A stretch of DNA of 63,895 nucleotides, counting the filler, from Octopus bimaculoides (taxonomy: Eukaryota): NCBI RefSeq assembly GCF_001194135.2. It is 5 parts of 5 records of this genome, joined end to end, with 100 filler letters (N's around TTAATTAATTAA, not from the genome) between each part and the next. Parts side by side here need not be neighbours in the genome. Positions count along the whole stretch, not along the records: positions 1 to 21,251 come from NC_068996.1; positions 21,352 to 34,564 come from NC_068993.1; 3 more parts are not named here. The stretch is one strand, 5' to 3'. Below are positions 12,801 to 26,485 of the stretch, in pieces. Both the position numbers and the translations under genes were made by a program. The notes under the pieces were generated by a model. That model searched no databases. It was not told the origin of the DNA and saw nothing but the letters and a program-made list of their open reading frames with translations. The first letter of the stretch is position 1. Every line of letters begins with the position of its first letter.

Positions 12801-15800
12801 CTAACAGGTTTGCATGATTTGCTTGAAATAAAATCTCTCTCAACTCACAACATAGCAACTTTAAAAAATGTAAGGTTATATAGGACAATGTAAACTTCGA
12901 TAAACAACAAACGGACAGAATATTCGCGACTAGAAATCCTTTGCTCGTATGCATTCACAATCTTGCAGACCTAGGATAAACAACAGCAAAAAAGAATCAT
13001 GTTCATAAAATGCTCCTGATGAGGCAGATAAAGGACTAAACAAGATTCACGGAAATTTATGTTGGTTTTTAACTTTTTTTTTTCACTCAAACTGTGTATT
13101 ATTTAGAATGCACACTTATACAACATACTCGTTAATATTTTCTCAATTTGCAGTGTGCCCAATATGATCATATTATATGTAAGTGATAATGCATTGTGTG
13201 CGCAAAAACAGCTGAGTGTATCGAAATTTAACTGTTAGAGATGAAAATCAATCATAAGATGAAAAGTCTTCGCAACCCCAAAAGAAATGGACATAATTTC
13301 AAGAATTTAAAAATTATTTTCAGAAGCTTATTTACTGAAATCTATCACCTGAGAATATTCATTGAATGTGTTAGAAATATTTTGGTAAATAAGGTCTCTG
13401 GCGAAGCAATCAAAACTTCTTTACTTCAGCTTATTTGATTCTGTTTCTGTCAAATTTATATCTATGATATCGGAAATTGAAAAGAAACTGAACCTAAGAA
13501 ATCAGTAGTGATATATCCATAGACATATGTATTATAAAATATACCTTCCTACTTTCCACTCTTGCGAACACTACGAGTTATGTATTATTATATATGAAGT
13601 TACAGTGACGAAGTGACACGTTATAATAACAAAAAAACGTCATTGATAATGGGAATATGCGTTTACAAAAAATAGGACTAAATTCTATAGAATTGGAAGT
13701 CTGGGGTTTGATTCATAATTATTTACGATGTATATAATTAGGAATTTGGTAAGAATAGAATATAATTGTCTGTATTTGATAAGCGATATTTAGGAAACTG
13801 AGTTAAATATAATATCGCTGAATATGTTTTATGATGTTTTCCTCATTTATCTTTATCGTTGTTTTCTCTGTTTGCTCTCTGTCGCATAAAAATAAAGCGC
13901 TCTACACAAATAAAATCCTCTACAAAAATAAAACCTCTAGACAAGACTGAAAATATTTACGAAGTAAAATATATAAATTCCAATAATTCTGATTCCCATC
14001 GTGGGATCCTTTTTTTTTTTTGTCAAAGACTGGAAGATTAAAAAAAAATTGCCAACATCGTGACGTTTATATCAGACTCACTAATAAAAAAAAGTTGATA
14101 GTGAATATCAAATTTTTGAGTTGAAAGATTACATAACGATTGAATCACATAAAATATACTTAAATTTGTAATGGTTGTCGTTTATAACACTGTGCAACCC
14201 ATTTGTGAAGCTTTGGTTTCATAAATGTTATGTAAAATAAAATATAAATCTGCTTTCTGATAAATGTGAATTCGTGACGAAGCTATTGAGTTAGTGAACA
14301 CATGTGAGCTCACGTCTCTATACCCTTGATGTTTAACACGTCATAAAGTTTGTTCCAAGTTTGCAATACGATTCTCTCTTTTACTTTATCTAACAATCCC
14401 TTTTGCATAGTCAAGCAAAAGGTCATGAACTTGACTTCATTTAAGGAGAGTCGATTTTTCTTGAAAGAAAAAAATATAAGTATATTTATATTTGAGGCCA
14501 AAAAAAAAACAACATATAATGAAAAAATTCAGATATGGGCACTTCTTCAAAGGTTACTCAAGTTTTGCCGAAAAAATTGTTTCCTGCTATGAAGTTTTGC
14601 TATAAGTTCAGGTGAGGATCTATAGTAGGGGCTCTGAAAAATTGTACCCTAAAGGCCTCATTTTAATATGATTTTATTTAATCTTAACGGCTTTCTCTCT
14701 ATTGAAATTATGCAGTCAGTAAAATATATGTCTACACATGCACATGCACATATAAATATATCCACACATTTCCCATCTCGCAGTCAACTCTTCCTGATGT
14801 TTCAATGTGATATCACATTATCTTCAGAGATAAGTGCTTCAGTGACGAGTTAACAAAAGGAATGGCTTATAGAACTACCAGTTCTACGTATCATCTCTCA
14901 TACAAAAATGGTCCAGAATGATTTTGAGGTGGATTGCTTTCACGACGACAACAACAAAACCAACAGCAATAACAACAATAATAGCAATATTAACGAGAAT
15001 GGTAGCAATAATAAAGGCCACGTGTTTTCAACAATGAGAATATGAATTCAAGCAACAGCAACACCACCAGCAACAACAACAACAGCAGCAGCACAAGATG
15101 CAGAAACCACAAAAATTACAAATTCTGCATGATTCCATGAGCGGACAATCTTTTTCAGGGATGGCGCAAAGTCAGCAAAATACTTCTGAAATAAAGCTTG
15201 TGAAAGACGATGGAAGAGGATGTGTTGTATTGCTGTATGTCAGCAAATCACGGATACAAATTTGCAACAGGCAACGGCGTAGAAAGGGACCTCGAAAAAA
15301 TATAGATGTTGGTCCTGTGACATGGACAAGGCCCACCGGAAGCGTGAAGCTCATCTTGAAAAGCAAGACTTAGCGTAGAAGGAGTTCAAAGTCCTCATAG
15401 TCAAGTGAAATTCACCCCATATCCAATATATTAAGGAAATAGGAAAAAGGAATATGTCGCATTAAGATAAAGGGAGTTTCAAAAGGGCTTGACCTCCAAT
15501 AGCTCTTGGCCTGTGTTGCGTCGGATATCCGTGAAAACCAGGCGTGATCAGCCTGCCCATTAGAGTGAAACTACGTGTTGCAATAGAGAAAGAGCAAGAT
15601 GCCACTTTGTGGTGCTGAAAAAATCATTAAAGTGTTTTCAATCCTCGCTAAAGAAGTTAGAGGACTGCCACCATCACAGACTCAACAAAAAACAATGTAC
15701 ATTAGAAACAACAGAGGCAACAGCGTAAAGAACAAGAAGAAAATAGGCAGCTACAAAACATACAACAGCAGTACGAGCAAGAACGGACGCACCACCACTT

Positions 15801-15834
15801 TTCCAGCCAAATTTACAACCTATTTCATACTCAC

Positions 15835-15984
<150 letters not shown>

Positions 15985-16103
15985 AACCCCTTTTCCAAAC
16001 GCACACACATGAAATATACGGCATCATGCTTAATCTTGGTAGGAGAAAAGGCAACCAAAGTAAACAATTTGCTATAAAAGATTTTATAAACGCTACTCAG
16101 TTA

Positions 16104-16134
<31 letters not shown>

Positions 16135-16399
16135 TCTTTCTCCATCCATCACCCTCTCTCATTCTTTCTAAACTATTCGCTAGAACACAACATCCACAAA
16201 GTCTCGAAAAACAGACAAATAACCTCAGATCACCACCAGCAAAACAACGGCAAAACACACACACACACACAAACATAGGTGTAAAACCATCTCATGAACG
16301 CGATGCCATCAACAAAACATCACTCCCGAAAGAATCCAAACATTCATGGAGACCAAGTAACTTACAAAGGGGTAATGCAAATGAGTAACTAATCCTTTT

Positions 16400-17150
16400 G
16401 TTTTAATCCCCCTTCTCTATAGATGAGTCAAAGCCTTTCGACTAGGTCGATCATCTATATTTGGCGGCTGTTCTGTGAGCCACAGCTTTCTTGCCAGTCT
16501 TCAGAAACTGGATCATTGCAGAGTACACCTACATTTGCTTGGAGGTCAAAGCAAGCGGTTCCCTGCTAAAATATTTAATATTATGAGATCGACCCGGCAA
16601 GGATGCCTCCTCTCTACCTTTCCGTATGTTTTGACCTTAGAATTGCTATCTAGAAGTTAGAAGCCTTGAGGTGTACTCCTCGAGAATTAGGAAGGTTTTC
16701 TTTTTATATGCGATTTTTCATATGCGGACATCGTGATAACACCAAAGACACCGAGGTGATTGACATCCGTGAAAGGAGCAAAAATTAACCAGAATTTAAT
16801 AGGCCTGCTGTTCAACACTGGAAATGCTTCCACAGCGTAGTAGGACGCTTGGTGGATGAACAGGTTAAAATTTTCGGAGTTTGGTTTGGTCCAGATGTAT
16901 CACCCCAAAATGGGCCGAGGGGTGACTATCTCTAAACGGTTAGGTGGAGATGGCGAATGCATACATTGCATTATCGATTATCGCCTAACTGTCGTGTTTT
17001 ATCCCGCTTCAGGGCTTACTAGAATGGAACGCCTACTCTTTCGCTTTCCTTGGAGAGGATGCATTCCACTGGTTAGACAATCCAGTCGTCAACATCTGCT
17101 GCTTAGAGGACTAGGCATGCCATGGCTAATAAGCAGAAATGCGTAGATGC
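16400..17150 (+). mobile_element. Tx1/L1-clade LINE RT remnant
   Basis: DESKPFD*VDHLYLAAVL, FNIMRSTRQGCLLSTFPYVLTLELL, SYADIV and VKIFGVWFGPD correspond to RT motifs 3-7, with frameshifts. Confidence 0.75.
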
Positions 17151-18164
17151 AATGGTAACTCCAGCTTTTAGTTGAAAATAGGCAGTTCGACATACTTTTT
17201 TATAGGTCTCTTTGACTAAACTGCAGCTCGGTATCACTCCTAGATCTAGACCAGGAGCCAGACACTTTGAGTGGCGTCAGGTGCTCACAGCTCACAGACC
17301 TCTGATCGAGAAATGCGATCGGTGAATGTTCGACCATGTCATTTTATAGAAAATTGGTGACGGTTAAGAGTGACGACGCCCTCGAGGAAAATTTGGACGT
17401 CCGTAGAAGTAAAACTGGTCACGCCCCACGGAAATTTCCAGTAATTCTCGGTTGCCGGGTTCAGTTTAAATCCTAAATTATCTAGTAGTGTCGGCAGACG
17501 TGAGTGTCCGAGATGCTCGCAGAGCAATAAAAGCGTTCAGCGAGAACTTGTACAGTGCTCAAGTATTACTGATTCGTGGATCCATACTGAGCAACTGCTA
17601 TCATGTGTGGTAAGGCTCTGGCTATCAGCCGAGTCCATTGTGATGATCAACCCACTGCCTGCCTTTGATTGGTAAGGGTAGGCAATTCAGATTTTCTTTT
17701 TCTGATGGTTACAGTGAAAGGGGTTGTGTGGTGGGCAAGACTCAAACGATTGAAGATAAACACTTGCTTTTTTGGCAAAGCGCCCTCATCAATTTTTTAA
17801 AGTTCCTCTTGGAAAGGTAAGTTAGGGTCGAGAGGAATGAGCTCCCGAATCTTAATAAATTTGCAGAAAGGTAAGTTGACTCATGTGAGAGGGCTTACTA
17901 TTTGGCGTCTATATGCTGAGAAGTACAGAGTAGAGAGGAGTTCTTGTCATGTACTCTAAGTGAGTTGGGAGGCTCGGGATCTGCTGGGAGCTGTAGCTGC
18001 CCCTAGATGGCGTTTCTCACGCACTGGATAATTTTGTGTTAATCGTTATTGCTTTGTTATTGTTTACAGTTTCATGTAAAATTTTCAGTTTTAGCATAGT
18101 TCTAAATAGTTTTGCAGCACCTGTGACCAATAAAGAATAAAAGAATTATTCGTGTTGTTGTTAG

Positions 18165-18780
18165 GGTGGTAATACGGCAGAATTGTTAGCACGCCGTGCA
18201 AAATGCTTAAAAGCATTTCTTCTGTTTTTACTTTGCAAGTTCAAATACAACTGAGGTCGACTTTGCATGTCATCGTTTCGGGGCCGATGAAATAAATACC
18301 AGTGAAACATTGGGAGTCGATGTAATTGATTATTCCCTAACCGCAATATTTCAGGCCTTGAGCCTTTAGTAGAAAGGATTATTATTATTATTGTTGCTAT
18401 TGTTGTTGTTTTTGTTATTATGGCGATGAGCTGGCTGAATCGTTAGTACGCTGAGCGAAATGTTTAGCAGTAATTCGGCCGTCGCTACGTTCTGAGTTCA
18501 AATTCCGCCGAGCTCAAATTTGCTATTCATCCTTTCGGGGTCGATAAAATAAGTACCAGTTGAACACTGTGGTCGTCCCTTCACCCAAAATTATTATTGT
18601 TGTTGTTGTCATGATGATGATCTGCAGAATTGTTAGCATGCCGGACGAAATGCTTAGCGGTATTTCGTCCGTCTTCAGGTTCTGTGTTCAAATTTCGCCG
18701 AGGTCGACTTTTCCTTTCATAATCTTGCGGTCGATAAAATTAAGTACCAGTTGAATTTTGGAGTCGATGTAATTTCAAAC
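18165..18780 (+). mobile_element. Three head-to-tail family-A SINE copies separated by (TAT/TGT)n
   Basis: Copies at about 18165-18385, 18420-18590 and 18618-18775. Confidence 0.8.
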
Positions 18781-20142
18781 GTTTTCCTTATAGTAGAAGG
18801 TTATAATATTATTGTTATTTTGTTGTTGCCGCTCAACTTTATTATTACTATTTTTTTTTTTAATGTTTTTGCCTTTTTATTTATATCCTTATCACTTTAC
18901 TTCTTATTCATTTTTTAAAATCTTTAATATATTTTGTTGCTGAATTTACTGTGGAATTAGCAATGAAAATAGATATATAATGTAATAAAAACCAAAACAT
19001 AATCAATCATAAACAACGCATATGTACAGAAGAGATATTTACAATACTATCCATAATAACAATGATAACTCTAAGAGGACAACATGAATTGCAACGTTGA
19101 CGACATCACCAGCTAAAGCAATAAATAGAAGAAGAAAACCAACAATTACGACAATAACAACAGCGAAGTGACAGCGCTGACGACAACATTGACATTACAA
19201 TGAGTAAAGGAAACGCTGAGAATGGTATGGAAGAAGGAAATAATTCGATCTCTCTATTATATCCGCGATAATAATTACAGCAATAAGACATATCAATTAA
19301 TCATTTCCTTCCTGTTATTTCCGCGTGTTCTCCCCTCCGACCTCAATTCATTCATTAATTCTTTTCTTTCCTTCCTTCTTAAATACTTTTTTCTTTGTTT
19401 TTCTTCCTTTCTTGATTTCATTCCCTCTCTTTCTCTTTCTCTTTTAATTTCATCTCTATTTCTCCTATTTTCCTACACACCTACCCTTCTGCTTCCTCCA
19501 CGTTATCATAATCATTATCTTCCTGCTTCAACTCCAGCCCAGCGAAATTCACCACCACAACCACCGTCACCTGAACGTCTATCACCGTAACTAATATACT
19601 CATCCTACCGCTACCAACGCCAGCAAAACACCACCGACCATCAACGCCACCGCTCCCTTCAACACTACTCTAATTCATCACCTACTTTACTCCGCTTCCT
19701 TTCGTTTCCATTTTGTTGTTATTGTCTTTATCTTCAACGGGTTCCCCTCTCTTTTCTAAATCTGAAACATCACCATTAGCTTTTACTTGATGTCCTCGAG
19801 TATTCCATTACTTGCAATATAAGCATCGTGAGATGATGTCAAGAAAAAGTACAGTCAGTTGAACTCAGGTACACGCCATACATATGTCTTGCGACAGGTG
19901 TTGTTAGAATTAATGACAACAGTGAAGAGTAGAAGGAACATATTCAAACAGAGGCTATACATTTGTGGCTGGCTGTAGCATCATGATACACCTCCTCCAC
20001 CACCACCACCACCATCTCTCTCTCCCTCCCTCTCTCTGTCTCTCTATCTCTCCCTCCCCTCTCTCTCTCTGTCTCTCTCTCTCTCTGTCTCTCTCTCTCT
20101 GTCAATATACATACATATACACACATATACGCCACACATATG

Positions 20143-20185
<43 letters not shown>

Positions 20186-20429
20186 TTGTATATTTATGTA
20201 GACAGATGCAGATAATAGCGTCAGAGATTCGCAAGCAATTGCCACCGATATATCTATTATATTACGAATTATATCTGCCATTAAAAGAAGTGATAAAATA
20301 ATAACATTATTCTTTTTTTTATAAATTGCTATATTTTAATATTCTTACTGTAGATGTTGTTCTAACTGATGTTTATCTACGATCACAGTTCACCGTTGCT
20401 TTGTTGTTGTTTTTATTATTATTATTATT

Positions 20430-20715
20430 CAGTAGTTTTATTTTTATAACGTGCTTTCACTTCACTACCGAGCGCAGCTCTGTGCGCCTTGGGTATGTGC
20501 TGTGGTTTGCTGTGGTGCTCTTATGTTTACTGTATTGAAAGTGTTTTGCGTAGAATGTGTGCAGTACCCAGTAGTGCAATCTTCTGTATGTTATATATAT
20601 TTGTAAGTCCTGGTGTTTTTGTTATGTATTTGTCTGAATATTTTTTTATTATACCTAAGGCACCTACTATGACAGGAATTGTTTCTGTTTTTAGATTCCA
20701 CATTCGAGTTACCTC
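20430..20715 (-). mobile_element. 5'-truncated R4/Dong-type element 3' end, embedded in (TAA)n
   Basis: C-terminus EVTRMWNLKTETIPVIVGALGIIKK...IQKIALLGTAHILRKTLSIQ*, a short 3'UTR, and (AAT)n on both flanks. Confidence 0.75.
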
Positions 20716-21009
<294 letters not shown>

Positions 21010-21010
<1 letters not shown>

Positions 21011-21216
21011 GCTGGCAGAATCATTACCACGCCTGGTAAAATACTTAGCATTATTTCGTCTGCCACTACGTTCTGAGTTCAAATTCCGCCGAGTTTGACA
21101 TTGTCTTTCATTCTTTCAGGTTTGATCAGTTAAGCACTAATCAAGTACTGGGGATGAAGTGGTCAATTGTCTCCCTTCCCACAAATATCCAGGCCTTGTA
21201 TCCATAATAGAAAGGG

Positions 21217-21220
<4 letters not shown>
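21010..21220 (+). mobile_element. Family-A SINE
   Basis: gctggcagaatc...ctgagttcaaattccgccgag... matches the other copies. Confidence 0.75.
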
Positions 21221-21251
<31 letters not shown>

Positions 21252-21539
21252 NNNNNNNNNNNNNNNNNNNNNNNNNNNNNNNNNNNNNNNNNNNNTTAAT
21301 TAATTAANNNNNNNNNNNNNNNNNNNNNNNNNNNNNNNNNNNNNNNNNNNNTATATACGCATAGAGGTGAGTAGATAGACAGACAGATAGAGAGAGAGAG
21401 AGAGAGAAAGAGTGAGAGTGTGTGTGTGGGGAGATACAGAATATTCGGGCTAAATTTGACAGTTTGCATATAAGAAAAAGAAAACATAATATCCCATCCA
21501 AACATAAAAGTATTTTACAAAATCAAAATAACAACTAGA

Positions 21540-22320
21540 TAATGGCTGGGAGACAACAGTTTACTCAAAATAGCCACTCTCAGCTTCCACCGCAGCCTCA
21601 AGATGCATTCCTCATCTTCAAACACTTCCTTTCCATGGCCACCTGCTTGGCCTTGGTGTTGCAGGCAGAGCAGTCATTGTCTTTCACAACTATGCGCCTC
21701 ACATAATAAACCACGGTATTACAAGCAGAATTAAGATGCCAGAAATTGGAGCTGCCGAAGTTACATCTTGCAGCCTTTCATCTACAAATCCTATTATGTA
21801 GTTTTTACATTTCTTTAACAGCTGACAAGGAGCTTACTCTTAGGACAAAGAGCATTGTAGATAAGCTGTCACCCTGAAATATTCCTTTTATCAGCTTTTA
21901 ATGGCATTTTACAGTAGCAGTTGGAAGCTTAGCAAGGCGTAGTGACTCTGCTATCCATGAATGAGAAACTCAGTCAAACACCTTCTTATAGTCAAGCCAT
22001 AGTCCTTGAGGATAGCTTTGTTGATGAGGAGTTGTTCAGCACAACACAGTATGCTCTTCGATTACTACATTGTGCATTTCACAATGATCCTGGTATTAAT
22101 TCATTTAAGCAACCTGTCTATAATTTACACACTACACCCAAGCACACTATAGGCCTGTAGTTTTCGGCTACATGCGTCTCTTGGTTTTTGGATACTAGTG
22201 TTGTTAATGCGACTGTCAACCAGTCTGGCATATCAATCTCAACGTCTATTTCTCTTTTGAACAGGATAACGCAGGCTACCTTGTAGAATAACCAACTGGC
22301 AGTTTGGCAACAATCGTCAG
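21540..22320 (-). mobile_element. R4/Dong-type RT remnant with internal deletions
   Basis: Minus strand reads MPDWLT..TTLVSKNQETHVAENYRPIVCL, CAEQLLINKAIL, DYKKVFD*VSHSWI and GIFQGDSLS. Confidence 0.75.
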
Positions 22321-25069
22321 GTGAATTTCACTGTTGATATATTATAATCGTCAGGTGAATTTCACTGTTGATATTATAAATTTTGGGAGAGACGTCTGAT
22401 CAATACCTAATCCGTAACTTATCTAATTACTTTGCATCAAGGTTGCGTTGTTTGTTCACATCCCAGATACATCCCTAATATGGTCATCTAGAGGAGGACC
22501 TTTCACGACCTTGATACTATGGCCTTTCATACTGCGAGACTCTAATTGTGGGTTTACTGCAAATTTGAGATTGATGACTTTCCGTTCTGGTAGCTTTTTC
22601 TTTTTCTCTTTATAACGAAATTATTGAGTTACTGCTCGCAGTTCATATTTAAGGACAAATAGCTTGCCCGTTAGTGTTTCCTGTGGACAGTTCCTAAAGA
22701 CTATGCAATCTTTCACAAAATTGCAGCTGGCGGTTCGTGAATTTATTATTCAGTTTTCGCTTAATAATAATGTTTAGCTATTCAATACTTCTGTTGAGGT
22801 TGCGTGTGAATGATATAACACCATGCAATCATTTAATAGCAAATTTTATTTCACCGCACAAATAATTTTCACAAGTGAAAGAATTCTAATAGTTGATTAC
22901 AAAAGTTCTGTACTGATGTTTGTCGAGAAAGGAGAAAATATACACATTAGATTCATATCGGCCAACTATATCGACGTATCCAAGTTGAGGAAGAGTCATT
23001 ATAACGACTATAATAATGGTTACAGAGTGTGTGGAGCTAGACCGCAGTTTATCACCACTGACAGTAGGCGCTAAAAGCAAGCCTTTGTACCCAGATAGCC
23101 CAGAAGGATCTACATGAATTTATCACGTGAAGACTGGCTGCTGATTACTGAATAATTCGACCTCTCACGTGCTATATCATGACTTCACAATCTGTCGACT
23201 AGGGTTCAAGTCTTGCTACAATTCTCACTGCGATTGATCTCCACTACTCCCATCTGCTGGCGAATGGTAAACACAGCACAATGTAGCAGAACATTCAATC
23301 TGCAAAAATTGGGATTTTCAATTTTTCTTTAACCATTTCGTCCATCGTGGATAACATATGGTCCATACGTTTTCTATTGACTCGTGTGATAATAGTTCTC
23401 TCATCTAATTGTTTATTAATCTGCACGGTGGAGTTTTGTTTGAAATTTTTTACGTGTTCTTTTAGTTGTCTGTATACGTCACTCACTATTTCTGTTTGTT
23501 CATAATCAGTTACTGCTCGCTCGTATAATAGCAGCATATTCATCTCGGATTTTGTTGTTATCGCGTCGGCCGTGGCCCCTATTGTTTTCGATCTTTCCAA
23601 GAAAAATCAATATCCAGTTTGGATCTTACGATAATATGTGAGGATGATAGCAAAATTTTTTCTCAACGAAGGTTATCTGTCGTCGAAGTTCGAGAAGATC
23701 CAAATCACTCTTTTCATGTAACCAATTAAATGATCTTCCCTAGCTTTTATAGTATTGATACAAATCTTGGTTCAATTCAAATGCTAACTGAATTTTTTAT
23801 GCTTCCACGACTTGCGATATCTAATCTGACGAATCACAGTCTCCTAACTAACTATAGGTTGAGTCTCAATTAATTTGTTCGCTTGATTATCGTTATGATC
23901 TTCCATAAAAAGAAACTTCTCCGCACTTATCTGAAGATAACCAGGCTTGTATCTATGACAAAAGTTCTAGTGTATTCATTATAGAAATATGAATATTGAA
24001 AAACATCAATACATGTCTGAGTGATAAAGAAACGTGGAAGGTACCAGGTGGTCGTGGGTTGTGCTAGAAATAACAGTTAAATCTCCCTTAAATCACATAC
24101 CATTTTCGTTGCAAATAGAAATAAATTGCAGATTTGGACTGTCTGTATTTTAAAACTATGATTTTAAAAAAATTTCGAAAAAAAAAAAAAACCCCGAAAT
24201 TTTAGGATTTATGGGTGAGGAGAATGAAAAAATTCAAAAAAGTCTTTTTATGATTGCGTTTTATTTTCTGTTTGAAAATAAAGAGAGCTGGGGTTGTAAT
24301 GGTGATTGTCCCATCGATTTGAAGTGTGTAATGCGAAAAAAAAAGGCCAAAACCAGTATTGAGTGGGGGACAGGGATCTGGAAAGATTCATAAATTTCCA
24401 ATCTCGATTTTTTTTAAATCGAAAAGGCGTCACCTGTTGTTTTTAAATGCGTAGAGCCAAAAAGAAATTGACAAAATAAGTTAGGGAGAGGGAGGGTGAA
24501 TTCATAAATGTTCAAAATTTTTTCACAAAAAGCTTCTCATTATCCTTTGNNNNNNNNNNNNNNNNNNNNNNNNNNNNNNNNNNNNNNNNNNNNNNNNNNN
24601 NNNNNNNNNNNNNNNNNNNNNNNNNNNNNNNNNNNNNNNNAATATATATCCAATATACTGCTAGGAGGGTACCCAATTATTGTTACACTAGTGTTATACC
24701 AAGTGCAATAAGTGGGTGCGGGTAAAAGGTTTTTTCTTACCCAAAATTTATATAGCAATAAGAAAATGGAGGGGAATATGAGGTACTCATCAACTTGCAG
24801 ACACTATATTCCGTTGATTAAACTGTTTATTTTATAACCAAAATGACAAAAAAAACAAAATATACAGACATTTATGACATACCATGTCATATCAACAATT
24901 AAGATTTCAAATTTAATGGACATCTAGCAGTTGGAGAAGGGACAAAATCTTGCAGCTGTTTCGGCCTAGTGTTGGCATGCCCCATTCTATCGATATAACT
25001 CCAGTACGCTGGAGTAATTAGTAGATGAAAATGATGTAATGGGGGTACATGCATGATTCCCTAGGCCTC

Positions 25070-25900
25070 TTCAGAATTGTATTTTAAATTGCTTTCCTTG
25101 AAGATAATGACCTACTTCCTAACATCCAGCATGGCTTCCGCTCAGGAAGAAGCTGTCTTACACAGCTTTTGCAGCACTATGACTGTATGACTGGTTGTTG
25201 AAACAATTAATGAATTGCTGAAACGTGGATGTGATATATCTCGACATTGCAAATGCCTTTGATAAGGTTGATCATGAGATAATATGTCACAAGCTACGGA
25301 GATTCGGCATAACTGGGAAACTCGGAGAGTGGTTGCATGACTTCTTAAAAACAGAAGCCAGGCTGTGGTAGCCAATGGAGCCCTCTCCAAGGAGACAGTA
25401 ATAGAAAGTGGAGTGCCTCAGGGAACTGTTTTGGGGCCGTTGCTGTTCATGGTGGCTGTTTTAGACATGCCATCAGTTACACAGATAGCCACACGTATGT
25501 CGACGACACAAACTATGTCGACGACACATGCTATGTCGACGACTCAAGCTATGTCGACGACACAAGCAGTCAAGAACCTTCTGATACTAATCTTCTACAG
25601 AAAGACTAGAGAAAAACCACAAGCAATTTAATGCAAACAAATTCCAGGCTCTACGTTACCAGCTAATTGGTGCTCAGAAGTCACAACAACGATACTTTGG
25701 AACAAAAGCAGTGGCAATCCCGGAATCACATACGGTGCATAATCTTGGGTTTGATATGAGCAACGATGCCTCGTTTCACATGCATATCACTTAGATGGTG
25801 ACAGTGTGTAGACGAATAACCAGATGGATTCTGAGAACCTTCAGAACAAGGGACCAGGAAATTATGCTGGTCCTATAGAGGTATACCAGGCCACACATGC
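25070..25900 (+). mobile_element. CR1/L2-type LINE RT remnant
   Basis: QHGFRSGRSCLTQLLQHYD, DVIYLDIANAFDKVDH, SGVPQGTVLGPLLF and YVDDT (four copies), with frameshifts. Confidence 0.85.
25496..25567 (+). repeat. 4 x 18-bp tandem repeat (tatgtcgacgacacaagc) covering the RT YVDDT motif
   Basis: Units start at 25496, 25514, 25532 and 25550. Confidence 0.95.
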
Positions 25901-26315
25901 ATACACATTTTTGTGTTAGTTCCTCCCGTTTCCCATGGAGAATCAGCTATGTGAATCTATATCTAAAAGCCTCCGTGTTTATGTGCTTGCCTTGAAACAA
26001 CGTCTCTCAACGAATGTTCTCCATAATCTACACACAAATCCAAAATCATCCCTGAATAATGCACGTAGAAAATTTTCCGGCTTCGAGTTTCACCTATGGG
26101 ACATGTTTCACCTATGGGGCATAGGTGAAACATGGAGTATCCAAGAAAGGAGATGTTGAAGGACTGATAAATGTAATGGAGTAGTAGAAGGGGAGTGGTT
26201 CTGTGACATGCTGAAATGTTTTCAGTTTATACCAAAACTGTTTTCCTTCTCATTCACATTCTCTTTAGTATTTATCTCTCTATTCAGCTCTTCCTTTCTT
26301 TGTTTCTTTCTTTTT

Positions 26316-26374
<59 letters not shown>

Positions 26375-26391
26375 CTCGCACGCGCGCGCGT

Positions 26392-26447
<56 letters not shown>

Positions 26448-26485
26448 TCTCACTTATTGTTAAGCAAAAATATATGGACAGTATA

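Noticed and set aside
13011-13070. CTGATGA motifs at about 9703, 10217 and 13016 as hammerheads
   Set aside because: They lack a correctly placed GAAA with stems I and III; the 9703 motif is RT coding sequence.
13154-13178. 25-nt segment with strong splice sites (similar cases at about 4553-4589 and about 12655)
   Set aside because: No frame-consistent partner or recognisable peptide; such sites are expected by chance.
17150-18030. GC-richer block with short minus-strand ORFs
   Set aside because: It is probably an old repeat, but I found no diagnostic motif to classify it.
21296-21307. TTAATTAATTAA flanked by N runs, also at 34609, 53235 and 62812
   Set aside because: An identical 12-mer with stops in all six frames between fixed N blocks is a scaffolding spacer, not biology.
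25496-25567. Short regularly spaced repeats with a CRISPR-like appearance
   Set aside because: The units are contiguous 18-mers with no unique spacers, there are no cas genes, and they lie inside a LINE RT.
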